The notes under the pieces: generated by a model | Told to the model about the DNA's origin: nothing | Databases searched by the model: none | Seen by the model: only the letters and a program-made list of their open reading frames with translations | Part shown: one piece after another, positions 27,547 through 35,533 of the stretch | How positions within the stretch are numbered: position 1 is the first letter of the stretch | Layout: every line of letters begins with the position of its first letter | Made by a program: the position numbers and the translations under genes | Source: an uncultured Lachnospiraceae bacterium | GTDB lineage: Bacteria; Bacillota; Clostridia; Lachnospirales; Lachnospiraceae | DNA length: 55,234 nt | NCBI GenBank assembly: GCA_902803745.1 | Contig: CADCRB010000115.1 | Span: 1-55,234, forward strand | Direction of reading: 5' to 3'

Positions 27547-28482
27547 ATGAAATATGCGGTAGGTATAGATGTAGGTGGAACATCCGTAAAACTTGGTCTC
27601 GTCAGCGTGGAAGGCGAGATTACTGAAATGTGGGAAATACCCACCCGGACTGAGGATGGAGGAAAGAATATCCTGCCGGATATAGCTTCATCAGTAAAGA
27701 GTAAAATGTCGGAAAAAGGATTGGCGGATGATATAGTGGGTGCGGGGATAGGTCTTCCCGGACCTGTTGATGATGAAGGTGTGATAAGAAAAGCCGTTAA
27801 TCTTCATTGGGAGAGAACGTTCAATGTGGCAGATGAACTGTCCGGTCTTCTGGACGGGATGGTAGTAAAAGCCGGTAATGATGCTAATGTTGCTGCTCTT
27901 GGTGAGTACTGGCAGGGGGCAGGCAAAGACTATGGCGATATGGTGATGGTCACTCTTGGTACCGGTATAGGCGGCGGGATCATACATCATGGGCAGATAT
28001 ATGCAGGAACCACCGGGGCAGGCGGGGAGATAGGCCATATCTGTCTGGAGCCGGATGAAAAGATCCACTGCAATTGCGGGAATACCGGCTGTTTTGAGCA
28101 GTATGCTTCTGCTACGGGTATAGTAAGGCTTGCAAAAGAGGAGCTGGGAGCGTCGACAGAAGAATCTGTGCTTCGACAGGAGGAGATTACTGCAAAGGCT
28201 GTATGGGATGCGGTCAGAGACGGAGATTCGACCGCCATAAGAATAGCTGACAGATTTGGTTATTACCTTGGCTGGGGACTTTCGATAATAGCCGGTGTCG
28301 TAAATCCTGAGGTGTTTGTATTAGGCGGAGGAGTATCAAAAGCAGGAGACATTATCCTTCCGTTTGTAAGGAAGAATTTTGACAAGCACGCTTTTCATGC
28401 CTGTAGGGATGCGCAGATAGTCATAGCGACACTTGGAAACAGCGCCGGGACTCTTGGCGCGGCAAAGATGGTCATTAATTAA
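27547..28482 (+). CDS. glcK: ROK-family glucokinase
   Basis: GIDVGGT, NDANVAALGE, TLGTGIGGG, GEIGH..CNCGNTGCFE. Confidence 0.9.
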   Translation: MKYAVGIDVGGTSVKLGLVSVEGEITEMWEIPTRTEDGGKNILPDIASSVKSKMSEKGLADDIVGAGIGLPGPVDDEGVIRKAVNLHWERTFNVADELSGLLDGMVVKAGNDANVAALGEYWQGAGKDYGDMVMVTLGTGIGGGIIHHGQIYAGTTGAGGEIGHICLEPDEKIHCNCGNTGCFEQYASATGIVRLAKEELGASTEESVLRQEEITAKAVWDAVRDGDSTAIRIADRFGYYLGWGLSIIAGVVNPEVFVLGGGVSKAGDIILPFVRKNFDKHAFHACRDAQIVIATLGNSAGTLGAAKMVIN

Positions 28483-29405
28483 TGGAACAGGCTGCTTTTG
28501 AATCCGGACTATACGAGATCTGCGTCGGGGACAGCGTACGAAAAAATGAACCGATGTCTGAACACACGACGTTCAGAACCGGAGGCAACGCTGATTATTT
28601 TGTAATCCCTTCTGACAGGAACATCTTTATCAGGCTGCTTCATTATATAAGGCAGACTGAGAGAGAGTACTTTATTCTTGGGAAAGGAAGCAATATCCTT
28701 GTTGGAGACAGGGGATACAGAGGTACGGTTATCGATACATCCGGGATGATGAACAATGTTTCGATAGAGGGAGAAGTAATACGGGCTGAAGCAGGAGCGG
28801 GTCTCGGGAACGTTGCTAATTTGGCGGCAGAGGCATCTTTAACCGGAATGGAGTTTGCATCCGGCATACCGGGGTCAATAGGAGGAGCGGTGTTTATGAA
28901 TGCCGGCGCCTACGGGGGCGAAATGTCACAGATCGTGACATCGGTAGAAGTAATGGATGCCTCCGGAAAAGTGAAAAGTTTAGCAGGTTCTGAAATGGAG
29001 TTTGCGTACAGGGCATCTGTCGCACAGAGAGAGAATCTTCCGATAATCGCTGTAGAAATGATACTCCAAAGGGGAAGAAAAGAAACAATAAAAGAAAGAA
29101 TCAGAGAGCTGGGAATAGAAAGAGCTAAAAAACAGCCTTTGGAATTCCCGTCTGCAGGTTCAACGTTTAAGAGACCGGAAGGATATTACGCAGGAAAGTT
29201 GATATCCGATGCGGGGTTATCCGGACTGACTATAGGCGGAGCGTGTGTTTCACCAAAGCATAACGGCTTTATCATTAATCTGGGAGATGCTACATCAGAG
29301 GATATTCTGAATCTGATAAATGAGGTAAAAGATCGGGTCAGAGCGGGCTTTGGAGTAGAACTTGTCCCAGAGATAAAGATGATAGGAGAGTTTCAGGGAG
29401 AATGA
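28482..29405 (+). CDS. murB: UDP-N-acetylmuramate dehydrogenase
   Basis: HTTFRTGG, GSNILV, GIPGSIGGA.FMNAGAYG, PSAGSTFKRP. Confidence 0.96.
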   Translation: MEQAAFESGLYEICVGDSVRKNEPMSEHTTFRTGGNADYFVIPSDRNIFIRLLHYIRQTEREYFILGKGSNILVGDRGYRGTVIDTSGMMNNVSIEGEVIRAEAGAGLGNVANLAAEASLTGMEFASGIPGSIGGAVFMNAGAYGGEMSQIVTSVEVMDASGKVKSLAGSEMEFAYRASVAQRENLPIIAVEMILQRGRKETIKERIRELGIERAKKQPLEFPSAGSTFKRPEGYYAGKLISDAGLSGLTIGGACVSPKHNGFIINLGDATSEDILNLINEVKDRVRAGFGVELVPEIKMIGEFQGE

Positions 29406-30292
29406 AGCTGGTAATAGTTACCGGAATGTCCGGCGCAGGAAAGAGCAGTACATTAAAGATGATGGAGGATCTTGGATTTTTCTGCATAGATAATCTTCCT
29501 GCCCCTCTTATAGAAAAGTTTGCCGAGCTTCTTACCGGTCCTTTATCGGAAATGCCGGGCGGAGAGCTTGGGAAGGTTGCTATAGGTGTAGATGCCCGGA
29601 CGGGATTGATATCGCTGAAAAAACCCCTTGAAACATTAAAATCTCAGGGGGTGATGTATGAGATTTTTTTCCTTGATGCTGAGGACAGCATTCTTGTTAA
29701 GAGATTTAAGGAAACCAGGCGGGCACACCCCCTTGCCATGGAGGGGCGCATAGAGGACGGAATAGCTGAGGAAAGAAAACAGCTTGAGTATCTGAGAAGG
29801 AATGCTACCTATATACTTGATACTTCCCATATGCTGATCAGGGATTTAAAAAAAGAGATAAATGATATATATGCAGCCAATAAGAACTACGGTAATTTAT
29901 ACATAAACATCCTGTCTTTCGGATTTAAATATGGTATACCTGCTGATGCGGATCTGGTATTTGATGTCCGGTTTCTTCCTAATCCGTTTTACATTGATGA
30001 ACTGAAGAATGATACCGGAATGGATAAGAACGTTCGCGACTATGTTATGTCTTTTGATGAAGCGCACGTTTTTCTGAGTAAACTTCAGGATATGATCCTT
30101 TTTTTGATCCCTAATTATGTGAAAGAAGGTAAAAATCAGCTTGTGATCGCAGTGGGATGTACGGGCGGAAAGCACAGGTCTGTTTGTCTTGCCGAGGAGC
30201 TATATAAAGGACTTTCAAAAACGGCAGAATATGGAATAAGAGTGGAACACAGGGATATAGACAAGGATACTAACCGGCAGAAGATAAGGTAA
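29402..30292 (+). CDS. rapZ: RNase adapter RapZ (YvcJ family)
   Basis: TGMSGAGKS, DNLP, SFGFKYG, DVRFLPNP, GCTGGKHRSV. Confidence 0.95.
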   Translation: MKLVIVTGMSGAGKSSTLKMMEDLGFFCIDNLPAPLIEKFAELLTGPLSEMPGGELGKVAIGVDARTGLISLKKPLETLKSQGVMYEIFFLDAEDSILVKRFKETRRAHPLAMEGRIEDGIAEERKQLEYLRRNATYILDTSHMLIRDLKKEINDIYAANKNYGNLYINILSFGFKYGIPADADLVFDVRFLPNPFYIDELKNDTGMDKNVRDYVMSFDEAHVFLSKLQDMILFLIPNYVKEGKNQLVIAVGCTGGKHRSVCLAEELYKGLSKTAEYGIRVEHRDIDKDTNRQKIR

Positions 30293-30296
30293 TGAC

Positions 30297-30962
30297 ATGT
30301 CTTTTTCACAGGATGTAAAGACGGAAATATTGAACCGGCAGCAAAAAAAACTCAAAGGCTTTACATTTCCTCAAAATGCTAATAATATAAATCCGTCTTT
30401 GGAATTGGCATTCCTTTTTGTGGAACAGGGGTCTGTCAACGATCCCAGGAGCAGTTACCATCTTGAGATCTCATGTAATGATTCGGCTGAAGCAGAGGCA
30501 GTTGCCGGTATTATGACCGGGCAGGGATTCAAGGCGAGAATTGTTTGCAGAAAAGGAAAGCATATCGTATATCTTAAAGACAGAGAGAGTATAGCAGACT
30601 TTCTGGGGTATATCGGAGCCATAAATGCCATGATGGAAATGGAGAACTCTCTTATCCTTAAGGATATGAGAAACTCTGTTAACAGAAAGGTGAATTTTGA
30701 AACGGCTAACATTGAAAGAACCGTTGGGGCTGCAGTAAAGGATATAGAGGATATACGTTACATAGAATCGCATGGCGGATTAAAACAGCTTCACGGAGGT
30801 CTGAAGGAAATTGCGCAGCTGCGCATAGAGTATCCGGATGCGACGCTAAAAAGTCTTGGAGAGAAGGTGGATCCTCCGATCGGAAAATCAGGAGTGAACC
30901 ACAGACTCAGAAAAATAAGAGAATATGCCGAAAGACTCAGGATCCGGCAAAAGGGGAAGTAA
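30297..30962 (+). CDS. whiA: DNA-binding protein WhiA, shortened
   Basis: MSFS..VK.E start, GSVNDP..YHLE, NRKVNFETAN, KSGVNHRLRK; only 221 aa. Confidence 0.88.
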   Translation: MSFSQDVKTEILNRQQKKLKGFTFPQNANNINPSLELAFLFVEQGSVNDPRSSYHLEISCNDSAEAEAVAGIMTGQGFKARIVCRKGKHIVYLKDRESIADFLGYIGAINAMMEMENSLILKDMRNSVNRKVNFETANIERTVGAAVKDIEDIRYIESHGGLKQLHGGLKEIAQLRIEYPDATLKSLGEKVDPPIGKSGVNHRLRKIREYAERLRIRQKGK

Positions 30963-30964
30963 TC

Positions 30965-31219
30965 ATGAAAAAAAGTGAAGTTGTAGTTAATGTGAAAGAT
31001 GACAGGGATGCAAGACCGATAGCATTTTTGGTTCAGACAGCAAGTCAATTTGAGTCCAAAATCTATATTGACTGTGAAGACAAGCATGTAAATGCAAAAT
31101 CAATAATGGGTATGATGACGCTCTCGCTTACGAATGGAACAGAAGCCCTTATCTCAGCTGATGGAAAGGATGAGAATGAAGCCTTGGCTACGATAGAGGA
31201 ATTTCTGACAAAAGGGTGA
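30965..31219 (+). CDS. HPr-family protein lacking His15 (Crh-like)
   Basis: DARP in place of HARP; Ser46 motif VNAKSIMG retained; rapZ-whiA-crh position. Confidence 0.88.
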   Translation: MKKSEVVVNVKDDRDARPIAFLVQTASQFESKIYIDCEDKHVNAKSIMGMMTLSLTNGTEALISADGKDENEALATIEEFLTKG

Positions 31220-31287
31220 GATGTATGATATAATCAATCTTGTCATTTTTTGACACCGAAAAAATTTTTTAAAAAAGGAGAAGAGAT

Positions 31288-32256
31288 ATGGCATTAGTTA
31301 CAAGTACCGAGATGTTCAAAAAAGCTTATCATGGCGGATATGCCGTAGGCGCATTTAACGTTAACAACATGGAGATAGTTCAGGGTATCACAGAAGCAGC
31401 TGACGAGCTGAAGAGCCCGGTTATTCTTCAGGTATCCAAGGGAGCAAGGGCATACGCCAATCATACCTATCTTACAAAGCTGGTTGAGGCGGCGATCATA
31501 GAGCATCCTGACATTCCCATAGTGCTTCATCTGGATCACGGCGACACCTTTGAACTTTGCAAAGACTGTATTGACGGCGGCTTTACTTCTGTCATGATCG
31601 ATGCTTCTTCGAAGAGTTTTGAGGATAACATTGCATTGACAAAGAAAGTTGTAGATTACGCTCATGATAAGGGCGCAGTCGTAGAGGCAGAGCTTGGAAC
31701 TTTGGCTGGCATAGAGGATGAGGTTGTTGTAGAGGCAGGAAAGGAATCCTACACACGTCCGGAAGAAGTAGAGGAATTTGTTTCCAGGACCGGTTGCGAT
31801 TCTCTTGCTATTGCAATAGGTACTTCACATGGTGCCTACAAATTTACGGCTGAGCAGTGCACAAGAAATGAGGAAGGCATTCTGGTTCCCCCGCCTCTTC
31901 GCTTTGATGTGCTGGAGGAGTGCATGAAGAGACTTCCCGAGTTTCCTATAGTTCTTCATGGTTCTTCATCTGTTCCTCAGGAGTTTGTCAAGATGGTAAA
32001 TGCATACGGAGGAAATATGCCTGATGCCGTAGGAATCCCGGAGGAGCAGCTTCGTAAGGCTGCTGAGCTTGCAGTTTGCAAGATCAATATCGATTCAGAT
32101 ATCCGTTTGGCTATGACAGGCAATATCCGCAAGTATTTTGCTGAGCATCCGGATCATTTTGATCCCCGTCAGTACTTAAAGCCTGCTCGTCAGGCCGTTA
32201 AGGATATGGTATCCCACAAGATCAAGAATGTACTGGGATCAGACGGAAAAGCCTGA
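31288..32256 (+). CDS. fba: class II fructose-1,6-bisphosphate aldolase
   Basis: AFNVNN, LHLDHG, SVMID, GTSHGAYK, VLHG, KINID; extended -10 TGaTATAAT at 31226-31234. Confidence 0.96.
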   Translation: MALVTSTEMFKKAYHGGYAVGAFNVNNMEIVQGITEAADELKSPVILQVSKGARAYANHTYLTKLVEAAIIEHPDIPIVLHLDHGDTFELCKDCIDGGFTSVMIDASSKSFEDNIALTKKVVDYAHDKGAVVEAELGTLAGIEDEVVVEAGKESYTRPEEVEEFVSRTGCDSLAIAIGTSHGAYKFTAEQCTRNEEGILVPPPLRFDVLEECMKRLPEFPIVLHGSSSVPQEFVKMVNAYGGNMPDAVGIPEEQLRKAAELAVCKINIDSDIRLAMTGNIRKYFAEHPDHFDPRQYLKPARQAVKDMVSHKIKNVLGSDGKA

Positions 32257-32280
32257 AAAAAGCCCCATAAAAAGGGAGGA

Positions 32281-32312
32281 GCCCGATATCCTTTCGGATA
32301 TCGGGCATTTTT
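32281..32312 (+). terminator. rho-independent terminator after fba
   Basis: GCCCGATATCC-tttc-GGATATCGGGC-ATTTTT. Confidence 0.9.
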
Positions 32313-32458
32313 ATGAAAAAGTTTTTGTAATAACGAAACAGTCTTATTTATTTATTCTATGATACCAAGTATAATGATTGAAAGTGAATAAATAGTTTTG
32401 CTCTAATAAAAGATTTTTTAATGAATTGTGAACAAATCTTGAACGACAGGAGGACAAA

Positions 32459-32992
32459 ATGTCAGAAGAAAACAGGAATCCCATAGTTACATTTACAATG
32501 GAGGACGGAAAGGCTTTCAGAGCTGAGCTGTTTCCGGACATTGCACCAAATACAGTAAATAATTTTATTTCTTTGATACAAAAAAATTATTACGATGGGC
32601 TGGTGTTCCATAGGGTGATAAAAGGCTTTATGATCCAGGGGGGAGACCCGGAAGGAACAGGTATGGGAGGTCCTGGATATTCTATCAGAGGCGAGTTTTC
32701 AAACAATGGTTTTAGTAATGAACTGAAGCATACGGAGGGAGTTCTTTCAATGGCGAGATCCATGAACCCTGACAGCGCCGGATCACAGTTTTTTATAATG
32801 CATAAGAATTCTCCCCATCTTGACGGCGATTATGCTTCCTTCGGCAGGGTCATAGAAGGGATGAGCGTTGTCGATGAAATAGCAGAATGTGAAACGGACT
32901 GGAACGACCGTCCGGTGAAAGAGCAAAGGATCAGCAAAGTAACAGCTGAGACGTTCGGGGAGACGTATCCTGAGCCCGAGATATTGCAGTAA
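32459..32992 (+). CDS. ppiB: cyclophilin-type peptidyl-prolyl cis-trans isomerase
   Basis: FHRVI.GFMIQGGDP, GVLSMAR, SAGSQFFI. Confidence 0.93.
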   Translation: MSEENRNPIVTFTMEDGKAFRAELFPDIAPNTVNNFISLIQKNYYDGLVFHRVIKGFMIQGGDPEGTGMGGPGYSIRGEFSNNGFSNELKHTEGVLSMARSMNPDSAGSQFFIMHKNSPHLDGDYASFGRVIEGMSVVDEIAECETDWNDRPVKEQRISKVTAETFGETYPEPEILQ

Positions 32993-33059
32993 AATATAAC
33001 TGCCTGTTATAAGGATACGATATTTCGGCACCCGCATCTCTTTTATAGTAAGGAAATTA

Positions 33060-33088
33060 TTGACAATGCTGTATGTTTGGACTACACT
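33060..33088 (+). promoter_or_regulatory. sigma-A promoter
   Basis: TTGACA - 17 nt - TACACT upstream of the PAKK-repeat gene. Confidence 0.7.
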
Positions 33089-33135
33089 AACCGAATAAAA
33101 TTGTTTTATATCATCGATTTGGAAGGGAGAAAACA

Positions 33136-33729
33136 ATGGCAATCATAAAAAGGGCAGTTGCTTCCGCTGCAAACGAGAAGCCTGCAAACGGAGTAGTTAA
33201 GATAAACTCAATCGAGGAACCCAAGGCAAAGCAGAAGGCTGAGGCTGCTGTTGCGAGCAAAGAGACGCCTGCAAAGAAGGCTGCTGCTCCTGCAAAGAAA
33301 GCTGCTACTAAGAAGGCACCTGCAAAGAAAGCGCCGGCAAAAGCTTCTGCGGCAAAGAAACCGGCAGCTAAGGCTTCGGATGCAAAGAAGAGTGCTACAG
33401 CAAAACCTATCGAAAAGAAAGCACCTGCAAAGAAGGCAGCCGCTCCTGCAAAGAAAGCTGCTACTAAGAAGGCGCCTGCAAAGAAGGCCGCTCCTGCTAA
33501 AAAGGCGACAGCAGCTAAGAGTGCAGCAGTCAAGGCTGAACTCACTATCCAGTTTAATGGACGCGATATCAGGAAAGAGGAAATTGATAAGGCCTTTGAG
33601 GGAGTTTGGACATATGATATGGGAAGAAAGCTTTCCGATGTTAAGAAGGTGGATTATTACTTCAAGCCTGAAGAATCAGCCGTGTATTTTGTAGTTAACG
33701 ACGGTACAGAGGGAAGATTTGAGATTTAA
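33136..33729 (+). CDS. Lys/Ala/Pro-rich (histone H1-like) protein with DUF6465-like C-terminal domain
   Basis: Many PAKK/AAKK repeats, then a ~65-aa globular domain ending [14 protein letters not shown]; own promoter and terminator. Confidence 0.8.
   Translation: MAIIKRAVASAANEKPANGVVKINSIEEPKAKQKAEAAVASKETPAKKAAAPAKKAATKKAPAKKAPAKASAAKKPAAKASDAKKSATAKPIEKKAPAKKAAAPAKKAATKKAPAKKAAPAKKATAAKSAAVKAELTIQFNGRDIRKEEIDKAFEGVWTYDMGRKLSDVKKVDYYFKPEESAVYFVVNDGTEGRFEI
33268..33485 (+). repeat. 62-bp intragenic direct repeat (33268-33329 and 33424-33485)
   Basis: Copies differ at 3 synonymous third-codon positions; each encodes [21 protein letters not shown]. Confidence 0.85.
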
Positions 33730-33755
33730 TCCTAAATCCGGAAATACCTGGAACG

Positions 33756-33786
33756 AAGCCGGTGGCATGCGCCGCCGGCTTGTTTT
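33756..33786 (+). terminator. terminator after the PAKK-repeat gene
   Basis: AAGCCGGTGGC-atgc-GCCGCCGGCTT-GTTTT (one G-U pair). Confidence 0.7.
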
Positions 33787-35467
33787 GAATATTATAGCTT
33801 TTGCAGTATTTCTATATACATTTTTTTTTCTTTTATCGATACTCAGATTATCATTTGAATACAGACATATTCCGAATGAATACAGGGAGGCCGCAAATTT
33901 TGATCTGACCCTGACATTTCTAAACGGTATAAATCCTTATGCATTAGACACGCTTAGCGGTAATGTTCCGGCCTGCGTTTTTCAGTATGGCCCTCTTTTT
34001 TCGCTTTTAACCGCCGGAATACACTTTATCCTTCCTTTTATTGACATTTTTACACTTCACTATCTGGTGGCATTTGCTTGCGTGCTGGCTGCCGGATTGA
34101 TGGCAGCGGTCATAGCATATGAGCAGTCTCAGACACTTATGCCTTCGGCATGTGTTTTTTTGTTTACGATCGCATGTACATGGAGATATGGATATATTAA
34201 TGCGGTTCCGGATACTCTTGGAGTAACTGTTCTGGTTTTGATTTTTTTTATTGAGACGAGAAACAGTATTAAGGGGAAAGATTTTTATGAAGCGGCACTG
34301 TCCGTGGCTCTTCTGTATATTAAACAGTATTTTGTTATTATTTCTCTAAGCCTTTTTATCTACAAGCTTATCTCGGACAAAAAAGCCTGGGTCAGGTTTT
34401 CGATTTCGGGGTTATTTTTGCTTGCAGTGTCAATATTCATAATAAATTATACCTGTCCGCTATATTTTACATATACTCTTTTGATAGTGCACGGGGTATC
34501 AGGTCAATCAGTGGCAGCGTCACATCCCTTATTTTCATTTGTTTCATTACCGAAAGCAGGGCTGTCCGGATCATTTCTGGCAGGAGTGATTCCTTCTGCC
34601 GGTGAAGCGTCAGGTCTTCCTTCGACAGGATGGGCTTTTGAGATATTGCAGCTAAAAAGCCTTATAAGTATTTTTGTATTTGTATTCATTGGAATGATTG
34701 CGGGAGTGATCAGGGCGTTTGCTTCAAGGACACCCCGTTATATCTCAAGCAGATTGTTTGTGATCCATTCTGCCGTTGCTTTTATGGCACTGCTTTTTTT
34801 AGGACAGAATGACGGAGCATGGCTTTCATATTATCTGCAGTTGCTCATGCCCTCTGTTTTGATTTATTCATTTGTTTCTGTAGAGAAAGACGTTATGGAT
34901 AACGGATCAAAGAAATATGCAAAGGCATTATACCTGATCCTTATGTTTCTTATGGTGATGTATACGACATACAAGATGGACTCAAGACTGCCGTATTTTG
35001 AAAAAAGCAGTGAGGCTTTAAGCGAATGGGAAAAGGCATACAGATACTGTGACTCGTACGCTTCAGAGGGAGAAATATTGTACAGGGCTCCTCTGGGCAT
35101 CAATGCTCTTTCAAACAGAAGATATCTGTATGATAACGGTCATGAGATGGCTATCCATCAGGAGTTTTTGGATGAATACAATTCGTCACTGTTCTATCAA
35201 AAGCTTTTTCCTTATGGGGGGAGGCTTATGGAGCAGCATATTAGATATCGCGAGGAAATGAGGCAGAAAGTTTTGAGGCATGAATACAGCCTGGTGATGT
35301 CTACAGCAACAGATGGAGAGCTGGTAGAACAAAAAGACCTTGAGGCCGGAGGGTATATAAAGATGGATACATTAAGGCTTGACATGGGATGGGCTTATTA
35401 TGATGTTGATTTCTGGGTCCTTTCTGATGGAGATGTACCTTCCCTTGTAACTGAGGGCTGGACCTGA
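33767..35467 (+). CDS. polytopic membrane protein, GT-C (ArnT/PMT-like) glycosyltransferase suspected
   Basis: More than 10 hydrophobic segments; acidic EYRE after TM1, YGPL, PD and KQ motifs; soluble C-terminal domain; start uncertain. Confidence 0.6.
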   Translation: MRRRLVLNIIAFAVFLYTFFFLLSILRLSFEYRHIPNEYREAANFDLTLTFLNGINPYALDTLSGNVPACVFQYGPLFSLLTAGIHFILPFIDIFTLHYLVAFACVLAAGLMAAVIAYEQSQTLMPSACVFLFTIACTWRYGYINAVPDTLGVTVLVLIFFIETRNSIKGKDFYEAALSVALLYIKQYFVIISLSLFIYKLISDKKAWVRFSISGLFLLAVSIFIINYTCPLYFTYTLLIVHGVSGQSVAASHPLFSFVSLPKAGLSGSFLAGVIPSAGEASGLPSTGWAFEILQLKSLISIFVFVFIGMIAGVIRAFASRTPRYISSRLFVIHSAVAFMALLFLGQNDGAWLSYYLQLLMPSVLIYSFVSVEKDVMDNGSKKYAKALYLILMFLMVMYTTYKMDSRLPYFEKSSEALSEWEKAYRYCDSYASEGEILYRAPLGINALSNRRYLYDNGHEMAIHQEFLDEYNSSLFYQKLFPYGGRLMEQHIRYREEMRQKVLRHEYSLVMSTATDGELVEQKDLEAGGYIKMDTLRLDMGWAYYDVDFWVLSDGDVPSLVTEGWT

Positions 35468-35472
35468 AATGT

Positions 35473-35501
35473 TTGAAGTCCATTATTATAAGTGTTAGAA
35501 T
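35473..35501 (+). promoter_or_regulatory. sigma-A promoter of the ech operon
   Basis: TTGAAG - 17 nt - TAGAAT with TG extension. Confidence 0.65.
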
Positions 35502-35533
35502 TATAAAGATACTTATTTTGAGGGGGATGCGGT

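Noticed and set aside
33268-33485. CRISPR-like or mobile repeat
   Set aside because: Two in-frame coding copies only, with no spacers and no cas genes
33111-33694. ORFs 33111-33545 (-) and 33251-33694 (+)
   Set aside because: Alternative frames of the low-complexity PAKK repeat, which lacks stop codons by composition
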